A stretch of DNA of 64,000 nt from Eledone cirrhosa (GCA_964016885.1 OZ024741.1:177754001-177818000); one strand, 5' to 3'; numbered from the stretch's first letter, positions 28,820 to 42,736 are shown. The notes: a model not told the origin generated them from the letters alone. Numbers and translations: made by a program.

Positions 28820-29037
28820 CAACGATCGACTTTCGTCAAATCGGACCAAGGGAACAATGTTTCCGTTGGTCTTTCCAATTGCTAATACTATTTATCGGTC
28901 GCAACTCCAGGTAGAAGGAGCAACGTGAAATAAAGTATCTTGCTCAAGGACATAACGCATCGCCTGGTCCAGGAATCGAACTGACAACCTTACGATTGCG
29001 AATCCAATTCTCTAACCCCTCAGCCACACGCCTTCAC
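28820..29037 (-). mobile_element. tRNA-derived SINE family B
   Basis: Sense: GTGGCTGAGGGGTTAGAG...TTCGCAATC...GTTCGATTCC then TGTCCTTGAGCAAGATACTT; homologous to 39505-39710. Confidence 0.85.
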
Positions 29038-29039
29038 CA

Positions 29040-29075
<36 letters not shown>

Positions 29076-29299
29076 GCGTGAGCGTGTGTGTAAGTATTTA
29101 GGTATATGTATTTGTATATAGAAGTAAATGTTTCTGTGTTCAGCCATTAATTTTCAGCAAATGCTTAATTTGTTTTCACAGATACATATGTTTTTGGTGG
29201 GACTTAACTATTGTACTCCTATGACACGTATCAGTGATTGCTCTTTCCGCTATACTCAGATAGTTACGCAAGTTACCAGTTTGTCAGCAGCTTATTCCG

Positions 29300-30300
29300 T
29301 GGCTTTCATAAAATTTGCATTTCTGTGTGTAGCTACAACTGGCTCGTATACTTTGTTTTTCAGACTTAGTATGTATTTTAATGAAACAACTTACGAGCGT
29401 TGTCATGCCTAAAATGCTGTAAAAGGGAGATATGGCACGGTTCTCAAAGCTGGCTCTCGTTTAGATGGTTGCAAGAAAATAAACAGGATTAAAAAAACTC
29501 AGAATATATTTGGCTGTAATTTAATTATATTATTGGGTCTTCAAATTTCTACAAATTTCATACATGACGTTCCAATACATAGCAGCTCATTATCAAATTT
29601 GTTACGATTTTGCCTTGAAAATATTTGTGTATCGTTATTCAGTGTAGAAGGCCAATTTACAGAGTCGTTAAAATATCTGATAGAATGATTATTGTCAATC
29701 GTGCCGGCTGACTGCACTCCGAGCTCTGATACCAACAAAATCAATAAATTATGTACTATTTGGATCGATAAGTAAATACTAGGATCGACTCGTTTTCTGT
29801 ACAACGTTTTCACCTCCTCTCTATCACACTCTTTTCTTCTCTGGAAGAAATCATCTATTTTTTAATCTTAAGCGGAGAAGGGCTCCGCCATATTTAGAAA
29901 AAGCCCAAATAAATCAAAAATTAAACTCCACAACTCATCAGAAGTGATTAGTCCTTACACAGAGACTCACTGAACATAACGCTCTACTCTTCAACATTTT
30001 CTAGATCACTAATTGAAATATGGGATTACAATCTGAACTACTGAATTTCAAATGGACATCCCCACAGTTAATTTAACTTCCCCGTCAAATTCTGTATATG
30101 ACTCATATCTCTCTGTAAAGATTCTTCATCGCTCAATCGAGCAAGTAATTGAAAACGTTTCGTTCAGGATATCTAATAAGTCTGAACCGTGACCAAATAT
30201 TCCACACTTCTTGGTAGAGTTCCAATTAAATAAATGTTCGTACCTGCGTAATTCGAATGTTGATTTAGCAATATTTGTTATTGAGACTATTGGATCCTTT
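29300..30300 (-). pseudogene. Decayed intronless iGluR (NMDA/IR-like) relic
   Basis: CGIFGHGSDLLDILNETF (30206-30153), GEVKLTVGMSI*NSVVQIVIPYF, SDELWSLIFDLFGLFLNMAEPFSA (29942-29871, M1), SAGTIDNNHSIRYFNDS (S2), collinear. Confidence 0.6.
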
Positions 30301-31303
30301 ACTCACAGGAAAATCTATTTTTAACTTTCGTCTTCAAATTAATCATGCACTGATCCGCAACTCGTTTCAGACAGAGACAATTCTGGTGAAATTGTGATTA
30401 TTTACATTCTAAAAGCTATGTAACCATCATTGCATATAATATTTCTGTTGTCTAGTTTATAAAACCAGTTGTTGATGGCGGTACATAACCTCTGGAAATT
30501 AGCTCACGCAGACATATATCACATTGATATTTATTATAAAAGAATCTATGTCTCGCATTTTGGAGAAAAGACACACTATCAATAAGCCGTGGTTCAATTA
30601 AATCACTGTACATACTGTCTTTCTATTCAAAATACGTGATTCTTTCACCGATACGGTGTAGAGCAATATCTAATCTCATTCTTTCTTTTAATCGTATGTC
30701 GAAAGCGAAAAAAGAATTCAACGTTAAAATAAATAACATTATCAAGCCTTTTAAATTTTCCTTTCACAAAAAAATCTATGGTAACTAATTGGTTTCCATA
30801 AATTGTTTATTTTTTCTTTAGTTTTGCTTGAATATATATATATTACTGTCAATGTGTACCGTCGCAGGAAATATAATATACTTACAGCTATTCAAACTAT
30901 TCAAAACACAATGCAAGTGTTAAAATGATAAATTGGAAGAACATTTCAAATTATTTCTGCGGATGATTAATACTAGAAACATACTTAGTATATATTATGT
31001 GTAAAGGTTTTTTAGTACACGATGGTATTTCATATTTATTAACTATCTTATGCTAAAGCAAGTATGAACACACAAAGACATACACGTATATCATTCTGAG
31101 ACGTTCTTGAGTACAGGAACTGTACTGAGATTGCATTCATTTATTTAGTTAGCATCGCTCTCCGTCAAAACTAGATTCCTTCTTTTGAAAAAAAGACGTG
31201 ATAAAACTGAAATATCATGATATATATGCTACCAGTTTAAACTGTTTTGTTTTTCGTATTTTAATCTAGTATACTCTCTTGGATTTTCAATTTGCATTAT
31301 ATG

Positions 31304-31520
31304 GGTGGATTGGCAGTATCGGTAGAAGGTCGGGCGATATGATTTGCAGCATAGAGTTACGCCCCTTTATAATCTGAGTTCACATCCCGCCGAGGTTAAC
31401 TTTGCTTTTCATCCTTACGGGGTCGATAAAATAAAGTACCAGTCACGCACTGGGACCTATTTAATCGACTTTCCCCTCCCCCAAAATCGGTGGCTATGTG
31501 CCTATATAAGAAATCATTAT
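31304..31520 (+). mobile_element. SINE family A copy
   Basis: Near-identical to 23485-23705. Confidence 0.85.
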
Positions 31521-32099
31521 ATGACATTTCATCCATTTAATGTGCCATGTTATTATATCTATTTAAACAGACCTAACGTTATTAGATAACATTCATGGAT
31601 AAAACAGCAATTTCCATTTTAATGTTCACACTTCCGTCTATAATCATAATGAAATGTGTCATATTATTAAATGTGTACGTGTTTTGTGAAAATATTTGCC
31701 AAGTAAGTTGAATTAGTTTGTATACGTGTGTAATGCTTTTAATTTTTACACATTGTGAGTGTGGAATTTCCTTACTCCATTTTAAAACTTTAATTAGACA
31801 ACTCAGCAGCAAAATAAATTAAACTGCTGGATAATATGTAAACATTTCGCCGATCCAGTACATTATGCACATTTTAATCGAAAATACAATTACTGCTTTC
31901 AAAATCCCATTTCTTTCAAGAGAAATATATTCAAATATTTTTCTAATAGAATGTTTTGGCTTATTTATCTTAATATACATTCTGTCATTTCCAAAATGAC
32001 TTACATTGTTGATGTCCTTTCAAATCGTTTAAACATAATACATCTCTGAATATCATAAATAGTAAATGGGAGTGTTTTTTCTGAAAGAAACTACCGGCA

Positions 32100-33135
32100 G
32101 CCTTTCTTTGTTTTACATATATACATACATTGGAATTAAAAAAAATCCAGGAACTAAAAGTAATTCTACACAAAAGACAGTATCCACCACTATTAATGGA
32201 ACATGGATTAGAACATGCTAAGCAAAAGACATTCAAGATTAACGAAAAACAAATCACGTTCAGATACAACCAATACATTATCCTATATCTGAACATACAA
32301 TCAAAGAGGTATAAACATTATAAACAAGAACATTCCACTATTGAAACAAGACACAAGAATGAAAATGACTTTTCTTGCAACTCGGAGAATCTAATATACA
32401 TTATAACGTGTAATGGCTACGACGTGTCCTACTTAAACATACAGCGAGGTCTGTGCCTAAGTAACTTAAGCCAAATAACTTATTACTTGTGCAAAATATA
32501 GAAACAATACTCGCGATCGAAAATGAAATCTTCTAGAATTAATTATTTATACAACAACTACAACGATACGCAATGGGGCCCACCCACAGCCCGGGCGGAC
32601 AAAATGGAGAAGGCGTTTCCCCGGAGAACGGCAAGGGAGACGCGCTGGAATAGTCACTCCAACTCGCGGGGCTCACACCTGCGGCTGGCCAGCTCAGCGC
32701 CTATGGTGGTGTGTAAGGAGGTAGCACTTGGGCCGAGGACACCAGACGTCCCCACTGCCAGTGGTACGACCGCAAACCTATTGAAGAGTTTGGCCCCCTC
32801 AGCTCGACGCGTAGCCAAACCTGGGTCAGTCGCAGACGTCGTAGCCATTACACAATATAATGTATATTAGATTCTCCGAGTTGCAAGAAAAGTCATTTTT
32901 AATTTTAAAAAAGAATGAAAATAACACTCGAAACACATAAAATAATCAAAAGCAAAAGACAACCAAAGTTGCATGAATAAATTATTATCTAGCGCCAAAT
33001 GACTCACCACAAAGAATAGCAACATACAAACAATGTGGTCGCCCTAATTATGGAATTTGCATTAATCTCAGTGAAGGCACATTGTATCAATTTAAATCAG
33101 GACAAACATTCTTTGCAAAATATAATTGTTTCTAC
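32100..33135 (+). mobile_element. Rearranged Neptune-like PLE fragment
   Basis: LHKRQYPPLLMEHGL (thumb) and FSCNSENLIYIITC (start of GIY-YIG); 32364-32422 recurs inverted at 32839-32897. Confidence 0.6.
32572..32845 (-). mobile_element. CRE-like retrotransposon 3' fragment
   Basis: FAVVPLAVGTSGVLGPSA...EPRELE*LFQRVSLAVLRGNAFSILSA, typical of the C-terminus of a CRE-clade restriction-like endonuclease. Confidence 0.75.
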
Positions 33136-33306
33136 TTTTGGGACAGGACCAGCAATTACACCACTGCATTACTGGTACTTTATTTTATCCACACCGTAAG
33201 GATGAAAGGCAAAGTTAACCTCGGTGGGATTTGAACTCATATCATAAAGGGCTGTAACTCTATGCTGCAAAGCATGGCTTCCGACCCTCTACCGATACTG
33301 CCAATC
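33125..33306 (-). mobile_element. SINE family A copy
   Basis: Homologous to the other copies. Confidence 0.85.
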
Positions 33307-33648
33307 GACCTATTCGTTGCAAAATATAATGTCACTTGTTCAACTAGAATATTAATATACACCATTAAATATAAAGGGAGTAACACACCCTCAGAAACAG
33401 AATGACAAGTCAGCGGCAAAAATTAGGAGAAGATGCCACGAGACAGATACCACTTAGTGACCTTTTAGATTTGTGTGCTACGGTTAAATGCCCCAGATTC
33501 CACGCCTTCCCATTATACCATTGTCCATGTAATGCCAAAGATTAAACGCGAATAAATAAATAAAATACATTTATTCAAGAATACACACCACGTGAGAATA
33601 GACTCTAACTAGCCCCCCACCCCCTTACACAGACACACAAACACTCAC

Positions 33649-33704
<56 letters not shown>

Positions 33705-34819
33705 ATCCGACCGTTATTGTTCCAATCAGTCTACCCACCCACAGCAAATATCCTAAACCGAACACCAGCCTGTACACATGATTCCTGCCAAATAAAACAG
33801 TATTCACACTCCCAAAACGTTACATTATACGCCGACCACCTATTCACCCAACCTTGACTGACGCAACCAGGCTTTAATACTAACCTAAATGGAACCTAGA
33901 CGTTAGGAAGCTACTGCTGTCATATTACGAATTTTTTTTTATATAATAAAGCCAAAGCTTTGGTTATCTGCATAATCAATGACTGCATTACGTAGTAGGC
34001 TGTGCTTCAGCCTCTCCCCTGTACCCTTGATCTTAGACCATCAAACTAGCCACTAAGGTGTGTTATGCTGCGCATTGTGATTTCTAGTTCTCACAACATG
34101 ACATAAAAACCAAATTAAAAATCAAGAAAATACCCAAGATATTAAAGTAATAATTGAAACGGATACAAGATGAATACCACAAAAGTCTAGTTCCAACAAC
34201 GCAACGTAAACACCAAAAATAATTATAATCAAGAAAATACCCAATGTATTCCAGAAATAAGCGAAATGAATCCATCATGAAAAATATAATTATTATATCA
34301 GAAAATACGGTAACAAAAGGCGACACAATATGTATGAACGAACCCCAGTTTCATTATTTGCATAAAATGAATATTATACATCGACAGTTGATCCACACGC
34401 CTTCACAATATATATATATACACGAATGTAAAACATAATTAAGATTAAATAGTATATACATAAACTACATGTACAAAAATATCCAAACACGTAATCAGAG
34501 ATTTGCAAAATAAATTAACGAAATGATGACTTACATATCTGGTTCGTTCGTAAATATGCGACCATTTTTCAAGGCGAATGCAGACAAATTGAGAAACTAA
34601 GTAGAAATGCACGATTAGTTGATGCTCTTCGGTCAACTATCAGTCAAACTAAAAGACTAACAAAGATGTTTAGAATTGTATTACCTCTCAACAAAGCTAC
34701 ATTTCCCCTAAGTTGGTCTTATCAGTCAAACAGGTTAAACTTCTAGTTTTAATGCAAAATTACACTCTTTACTTTTTGTTTACAAAAGAAATATGTCTTT
34801 AATGCAAATATACATACTA

Positions 34820-35120
34820 TGAAACGTTCTCCGCCTCCAACTTAACTGCCTTGACCAAAAAGCTCGGTATCGCAGCTCGCAATGCAGTAGACAGGAAAAC
34901 ATACACATACCGGGGCTTTTCGGGACGCTTCCCCTTTACAACTGTTGCCCTAGCGACCCCAGGTGCGTCGCACGCCGGACAGATGAGCTCTTCCGTAAAA
35001 TCGAATCGATAGGAGCCCATTTGAGAACGGATCCCCACGAAGTAGTGTGCCTGTAGCAGCAAGTGTGGCTGGTCACTTTCCGCGGAAATGCCTCTGCCAT
35101 TTTGTCAGCGTTGCGCATCG
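34820..35120 (+). mobile_element. CRE-like retrotransposon 3' fragment (diverged)
   Basis: RKTYTYRGFSGRFPFTTVALATPG...VWLVTFRGNASAILSA. Confidence 0.65.
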
Positions 35121-37014
35121 GAAACAACATTCTGGCATAGGTATAGAGTCTGCCAAGATCTCTTTTCCCATTTTCGTTCTTCATTTGTCTTATTCATGGC
35201 ATTTACTCTATTTTCCAATATTGCTTCCTTTTTCTGTGTGTTTAACCAATTCATCGTTGTATTAATTGACATATACTTCAAAGTATATTGTAATATATCA
35301 AATTTACTTAGATCTCAAAGCAAATATACAAACGTTAAGATTGAATTAAATTAAATTCCAAGGTATACGTTCTCCAAAGCATACTGGAACTAACCAGCGC
35401 AACTTTGTTTTTGAATCTCTCTTAAATACCCTAAGCTTGTACTACCTTAATGTAAATAAGTTTATTTCAAATTCCTATGCCTCTCATCAGCAAACTATAA
35501 ATGTTCATGGAATCGCTCGATTAGCACCGAGGCACCTACGAAAACGCTGTGACGGAGATGTTTTCTTGTATCTCTCTCCAACCATATGTTTTAAAAGTTT
35601 ATTCACTTCCTCCGTAAAAAACATCCGTTCCTACTTACTTCAAAACACTTCGTATAAATCTCGAGCAGCAAACCCTCAGAATGCTAACAATTAGGGACAT
35701 ATATGTCATCAATATACCCACTAAATCTACTCAACTGCCTAAATAAGCCTATTCTTTTAAGATTCCTTAACCCCTCTACATAGTCGAACTAACAGGAGAA
35801 TAAATATAAATCCACCACGAGCGAGCTGTAATCCCCGCACATTGGTATGTCTCTGAAACATTACCTGCGAAATGTAACGTTAGAATTATTTTATGCATAT
35901 GTTTATATATATATATATATAAACCTATGCATAAAATAGTTTCCCTGCTAGTACCGGTTACATCTCAGCGTACCCAATAGGCATACTATATAGATAAATA
36001 TCATTGTAGATGCTTTGAATTAGAAGACCTACTGAGGAATTAATATGGTGTAAAGATTTTCTTATCTTGCCTCTGTACATAGAAAAATATATTTAGCGGA
36101 CTACTAGCTCATCACCAGATGTCTATCATCTCAATGATATTGTCTACAGCGCAATTATTTTATAGCATCGTTATATATGTCGAAAAGGATGTGGTATATA
36201 TCTGTCTCATTTGTCTGACACTTTGCATAAAGATTATTTGAATGTTAGGTAGATGGAATCTTCCATTGAACTATAATTTTTCAAAAGTTTCATACTTTGT
36301 CACTTTGAATTATGGCTGATATATTCTTTGAATATAATGGGGTTTCCAGTATGCATTTGAGTTGCAATTAGCATCAAGAAGACTTAACGGAAAGCAATCC
36401 CTAGAATCACTTTAAAATATCATTGTGTTTTACATTGATAACTACACGTCTTATTTTCGAACTGGATAGAAAATTTAAGAAATATATATAGCCTCAAACA
36501 CGACAATATAGACCGGAAGGAATAGTTCCCTCGGCGTGGTATACTCTTTTGGCAAGAAGAGTTATGGTTATCGCCAGAAACAGAGCTAATATAGTAGACT
36601 GCATGAATAAAACCACACACAATTATGTTTGAATACAAGTGGGTGTGTGTGTATAATTTGTTTTGACATATGCATATATACGCACATATATGTCTGTACA
36701 TACACCTGCCAGATGGGCCTTTGTGTACGTACATCTATTACGTACATCATTTATACGTCTTGTGGATTCCTGTGTGCAACAAATAAAAATAACAATTACG
36801 ATTCCATATAATACAACCCATAATAAACTTTACAGTTGATGTTCATCTCGTAGGACACGAAGTGACTTGTTCTGAATAAGCCTATTTAAGAGACCAGAGC
36901 TTCGTGTTATGCTTAGCAGTGCGCAAAAACACCCGTCCACGTGTATGAAATCCATTTCATCGCAAATTCTATTTCCAACTAATACTTGCTGGTATGAAGC
37001 TTATACTCATGGTT

Positions 37015-37625
37015 TCAATAAAAGAGAGATAAACACAGACATATACATATATGTGTTCAAATCGTAAGGGACCAGATTCGCCAAGGAGTAAAAGATACCA
37101 ATTATGGACAAAGGGTTTGCCAGACTCAATTTAAGAATAAATCATGAAAATAAATACAAATCGGAATTGTGGTAACTACCAATCACCCAGAGAGCGTTTG
37201 GCGATGCTGTTTCGCAATCCAATTGTTAAGAGAATTACAAATTCTTATTGCTCATCAGTGGGTGTAAATTAGTAAACTCCTCACTTCTAAGTATATCAGA
37301 AAACTGAATAGTGTGCGTATATACAATAATGCACGTGGTATCAGAACCTAGCGTGTCTCCCAAACTTATACCACTAAAAATAGCAGCCAATTTACTCAAC
37401 ATTTAAATTAGCTCAACAAATTAACGGAGCCGAATATATCAAATGTATATATTGAGTTAGAAACTCATAATAGTCTCTTACAATAAAATAGCTCAAGGAA
37501 AGAGACTTTTTCCGAGCCGTATATTTTAATTGAATATAAAAGAGAGATAAACACAGGCATATATTTGAACACATATATGGATGTGTCTGTGTTTATCTTA
37601 CTTTTATATTCAATTACAATATATA
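37015..37625 (-). mobile_element. Non-coding hammerhead element with a terminal foldback (37522-37620) next to (TA)n
   Basis: ataaaagagagataaacacag occurs at 37018 and 37535, and inverted at ~37587-37607; internal hammerhead. Confidence 0.7.
37184..37264 (-). ncRNA. Type I hammerhead with extended stem II
   Basis: Minus strand: caccca CTGATGA gcaat..attgc GAAA cagc..gctC TC tgggtg; one mismatch in stem III. Confidence 0.75.
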
Positions 37626-37630
37626 TATAA

Positions 37631-37701
<71 letters not shown>

Positions 37702-38039
37702 CGTGTGTGTGTATTTGTGTACATGTCTGTGTTCGTATGGGTGTGTTTGATCGAGCAGTAAAGTGTTTGTGGACGATTATGTAAATTACTTAATCTCAAC
37801 TTCGACTTTCATTTGTTAAGAACAAATCTGTTATTTATTACCGTATTATGCGAAGCCTGCCAGCATAGAGTAATGTAAAATTACTATAGACAAGAGTCGA
37901 AATACGTTGTAGATTAGACACACTGGGATTCACATCTCCCAATTGTGTATGCTGTAATGCTTTTCAAATAGATTTTCAAATTATGTTTGATTCGTAACTA
38001 AGGAGGCCTTATAGGATACTGATGGGACACTATGTGGTA

Positions 38040-38630
38040 GGCGAAAAATATACCATATATCCTTCTTCCAATAAATGGATTTGAAATTATCACCTCAATT
38101 GTCATCCTCCATCTCATAACAACAATGAAGTCAACGGAACATGATGTCAAATATGTGAAGTAGCTTTTAAAGTAAATGACAACACGAGCCTATAAATTAT
38201 CCACTACATGGAAAAAGTCGTAATTCCTTTCTTTAAAATCGATACTTGAATACAATCTTTCAAATGTAAACATTACTGAGATACAAGGTGACCTAAATAC
38301 TAACCCATTCAAGCGCTCCAAGAAACCAAATAATATCTGATAACGCACAAAATAATACCATGAATTGAACATTATATTGCCAGCATCCACAAAAAACTAT
38401 GAATAGGTTTCAGATGAAATCACGTTTTGCAGGTCCACACTTTATCTTCACACATAGCTGCCATGTATAAAATGAAATCCTCACCAAAACTAATATCTAT
38501 TCCAAAAATTGCATGAAGAGTAATCCAATATCTATATACTAATTTGAACAATGTCAGTATTCCGTCACAATTCTCGATTATCATTGGTTCATAGGTTTCA
38601 AACGACTCCGCCCACCTCAACGACGCCAAA
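38040..38630 (-). pseudogene. Decayed intronless iGluR (NMDA/IR-like) relic with internal deletions
   Basis: ETYEPMIIENC..IFGIDI..FILY..EDKVW; FVDAGNIMF; LFGFLERL..CISVMFTFERLYS (M1); KSYFTYLTS (M3); IISNPFIGRRIYGIFF (late S2); 2 stops and 1 frameshift. Confidence 0.6.
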
Positions 38631-39504
38631 CTTCAATTAATATGCATAATGCCAATGAGGGAGTGAGAGGGGAGAGGGAGAAAAGTGAACGCTGTGTTTG
38701 GATACACTATGTATATATGTCAGTGTAGAGACATGTGTGTGTGTGTGTGGAAATAAGATGGGAAGGAAATCAATAACTATTAACATGTGTGCGTCTGTAT
38801 GTACGTGCGCGTATGTTTATGTGTGTGTGCGTACGTGCAGAGTTCCACAGAAAGTAAAACTATCAACCTGTGTGAGTGTGTGCGTGTGTGTAAGTTTGCG
38901 TGCGTGTGCGCGTTTCCATGCGTGTATGTGTGTGTACGTGCGGCATCCCACACTCGCCATGCAGTTTATCTGCCTGTGTGCATGTCTGTTAGTCTAACAT
39001 GCATTGTTTTACATTGACGGACTTTTTTTTACATTGACAGACATCTTTTATATAAATTATCTATATCTATATCTACATATAATATAACAGATTGGAACCT
39101 CCATAATCCTTTTGAGAAACGTGGAACAACCACCTCCATGCAATGATAAACGTTTTACAGTCAAGCAGAAGATGAACCGTCTTCTAGAAGTCACTATTCT
39201 AGATGGGAGCACCTAGAATTGTTCATATACTATGCACAAATTTTACAACGAAGAATCTGGTATATCTGGAAGATTTTTTTACTGTTTTTTATCACACAGA
39301 CACCACGGACTCGCCTCATCCTGTAGCCAGACAAACATCCAATACAGTCATTTTCTCTTTTACCTGTCTTCTCTTATCATCTGTTTACCCGGGCGAAGCT
39401 GGGTACGTCAGCTAGTGGTATCTAATATAGGATGGTGATTTTACGAGGTATTAATTTCGGTATGATTTTGCCAGGTATTAATTTATTTGTATATTTTTAT
39501 AGTG

Positions 39505-39710
39505 AAGATGCGTGGCTGAGTGGTTAGAGAATTGGATTCGCAATCGTGAGGTTATAAGTTCGCTTCCAAACCGGGCGATGTGTCCTAGGGCAAGACACTT
39601 TATTTTGCGTTGCTCCTTCTATCTGGAGTTGCGACCGATAGATATTATTAGCAATTGGAAAGACCAATGGAAACATTGTTTCTTCAGTCTGATTTGACGA
39701 CTGTCGATAT
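39505..39710 (+). mobile_element. SINE family B copy
   Basis: GTGGCTGAGTGGTTAGAG A-box head; body matches 28820-28917. Confidence 0.85.
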
Positions 39711-39722
39711 ATGTATATTTTT

Positions 39723-39813
39723 ATTCTGATGATTGCGATTTTATATTCATTTTATTAATTTAGCAATAATTAATTTAATATTTGATTACGTTGTGGATGA
39801 AACGTGCGTTAAT
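39723..39813 (+). ncRNA. Degenerate hammerhead
   Basis: att CTGATGA(39726)...GAAAC gtgc GTT aat; stem II is only wobble-paired. Confidence 0.4.
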
Positions 39814-39933
39814 TTATCAAAATGTAATATAATTAACAGTTTCAGTCTTGCGTATATTATTGACCTCAAATATTTCTTGGAGCATATGTATGAACTCACA
39901 CATACATATTCTATGCTTATATATATATATATA

Positions 39934-40725
39934 TTAGCTGAGGTACCCGGTAATACCCGGGAGCGGAGTTATTCCCAGTTCCCATTAAAATGCCCAATAC
40001 CTCTCAGACCAAAAATGAAATCGAAATATAGGACAGATAATGAAAAGCGAAGACAAGTTCATTTACGAAACAATAATACAAACAAATATTGTTGATTGCA
40101 TTGGCCAGGCGAAAAAATATTTGTCAGAGAAGTTGAGTGTTGCTATATGGAAAAGAACAGAACCGTGGGATAGGTTGAGAATTTGTTTTCAAGAGAAACT
40201 GAAGACTTACATTAATTGCTGGATTAGTAAGGCGATAATCTTTGTTGCCGGTGGTGAGAAAATAAATGTTACAGCAAGCAGAGAATATTAAGTTTATTTA
40301 TAGAGAACATTTTAAGCCTTAACAGCTAAAGCCATATTTTGCTCATCAGTTAATCAAAAATGAGCTTACGCTTTGCTCGAGTGATCTGGATTATTTTCTC
40401 AAGAAAAAGCCATCCTCAGCACATAATCTATCTGTGTTTCATGTTTGAAGGAAATTGTTGGAGAGCTTTAAAAGTTATGGCAGAAAATAACATTCATATG
40501 AGAACTTGCATACAAATTTCATATTCATTTTTTAAAAGTCGATGCAGACTGGAAATTATCGACTTTTTAAAACTTCAAAGTACGCAGGAAATCAAATGGA
40601 CTTGAGCCCCACACACGTGTCAAGTTTCATCAAGATTGGCTTGGTAGTTTTTGAGTTTTAGATTTACAAACAAATCCACAAAATAACATTTACACAAACA
40701 GACAGAAATTTTCATTAATGTATAT
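39934..40725 (+). mobile_element. Non-autonomous Helitron/Helentron-like element
   Basis: Start tagctgaggtacccggtaatacccggga (terminal hairpin); end aagtttcatcaagattgg...acaaacagacaga...tatata, resembling such families. Confidence 0.45.
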
Positions 40726-40732
40726 ATATATT

Positions 40733-40765
<33 letters not shown>

Positions 40766-40771
40766 GTGTGT

Positions 40772-40805
<34 letters not shown>

Positions 40806-40817
40806 TGTGTGTGTGTG

Positions 40818-40855
<38 letters not shown>

Positions 40856-41524
40856 CATGTGTGTATACATACACATGCTTCAAGAAATATTTAAAGTTGA
40901 TTAAACGATTTCAGTGCTGACATCTTTGAAAATTATTTCAAACAGAATTGAAAACCAATATTTTCCATAAAAAAACAGATATGTCAAATACACTACTATT
41001 CCGGGACAATACACAGGTTCAACGAGGTGTTATCTCGTCGTTTCACTCGGTAACGTAAGTACGTACTGATCAGATAACGCTCCTTATATATAACAAGTTA
41101 TTTAGTTTCTCTTGCTGTAGGCTTGACCAACGGGAGGGAGAGAATTCATAGGTGATAAAATAGTATGAATTTCAAAATATCTTATGCAAAATCTCTAATG
41201 CTCTCGCTTTGTATAATACATTCACTTAAATATCATTATATACACAGAGAACGATGAAATTTGTAAATATTGTCATGTACACACCTGTCGTTCCCTATAA
41301 GTCATTTTAGTACACGTATAACACGTATATCAAAAGTATTCGGTTGTCCATTAAATATTTAAGCACTACTAAACGATCTCACCGATATGACTAACGTCTG
41401 TAAAATAGAATAAAATAGAAGTGAAAAACGATTTACACCATATGAAACAGATATTATTGATGAATCATTATTGTGGGATTATGCATGCATATATGTACAT
41501 ATGTGTGTGTGTGCGTGCGTTCAA

Positions 41525-41566
<42 letters not shown>

Positions 41567-41788
41567 GAAAGTTAGAGTTAATAACTCATACTGAAACCCT
41601 GTAATTAACAAGCTGAAAGTATAAATACTGAGCATTATAATAATATATGTAGTAAGAAACAGTAAATCGTGTGTCTAATATTACGAGGGTGAAGAACCAC
41701 ATATGTTTGAAATATTTTACCATGAAGCAGACAGAATGATAAAATAAAATAAAATTATATTATACAAACCGCCTCAATAACAATTATA

Positions 41789-41870
41789 TCTCTCGGACAG
41801 ATTAGGGATAAATCTGTTTCGCCCTGAGTGTGTTTGTAACAGATAATCCACGGGCATCATCAGCGAGAGA
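41789..41870 (-). ncRNA. Type I hammerhead ribozyme (canonical core)
   Basis: Minus strand: tctctcg CTGATGA t gccc..gggc GAAA cagatt-tatccct-aatctG TC cgagaga; 7-bp stems I and III, GUC site. Confidence 0.92.
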
Positions 41871-42336
41871 ATCTGATTAAATGCGTCAAACACCTAGTAC
41901 CAACGTTCACACAGAAAAATGAATTCATCACCTCGTGTGCCGCAAGTCAAAAGTAGTGTGAGTGTATTGGTTAGAAATAACTGTCCAACACACGCAACCT
42001 AATAAGCTCACCTCTTGAGGGAGCCTAAATATAAATACTGAGCATTATAATAATATATGTAGTAAGAAACACAGTAAATCGTGCGTCTAATATTACGAGG
42101 ATTGCTCAGTATTTATATTTTGAGCTTCTTCATTACAGGGTTTCAGTATGAGTTATTAACTCTAACTTTCATTTATAGTTCGGCTCCCTCAAGAGGTGAG
42201 CTTATTAAGTTGCGTGTGTTGGACTGTTATTTCTAACCAATACACTCACAATACTTTTGACTTACGGCACACGAGGTGATGAATTCATTTTTCTGTGTGA
42301 ACGTTAGTACTAGGTGTTTGTCGCATTTAATCAGAT

Positions 42337-42418
42337 TCTCTCACTGATCATGCCCGTGGATTATATGTTACAAACACACTCAGGGCGAAATAAATTAATC
42401 CCTAATCTGTCCGAGAGA
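42337..42418 (+). ncRNA. Inactivated mirror copy of the 41789 hammerhead
   Basis: Core CTGATCA (G8>C) and mismatches in stems I and III. Confidence 0.75.
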
Positions 42419-42509
42419 TATAATAGTTATTGAGGCGGTTTGTATAATATAATTTTATTTTATTTTATCATGCTGTCTGCTTCATGGTAAAATATTTCAA
42501 ACAAATGTG

Positions 42510-42677
42510 TATATATATATATAAATTTATATATATATTATTATTATTATTATTACTATTAATATATACATATACTTATATATATACAGACATATATATA
42601 TATATTTATATATACACACATATATATACATACATATATATATATATATAAATACACACATATATATATATATATAT

Positions 42678-42736
<59 letters not shown>
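42510..42736. repeat. (TA)n/(CA)n microsatellite
   Basis: Seen directly. Confidence 0.95.

Larger units (their letters stand above)
41562..42510. mobile_element. Complex foldback hammerhead element in (TA)n
   Basis: 41698-42025 inverted at 42182-42509; 41562-41634 inverted at 42103-42176; 41620-41688 repeated directly at 42030-42100. Confidence 0.9.

Noticed and set aside
39508-39585. tRNA gene
   Set aside because: The tRNA-like head continues into a repeated SINE body and lacks a proper acceptor stem.
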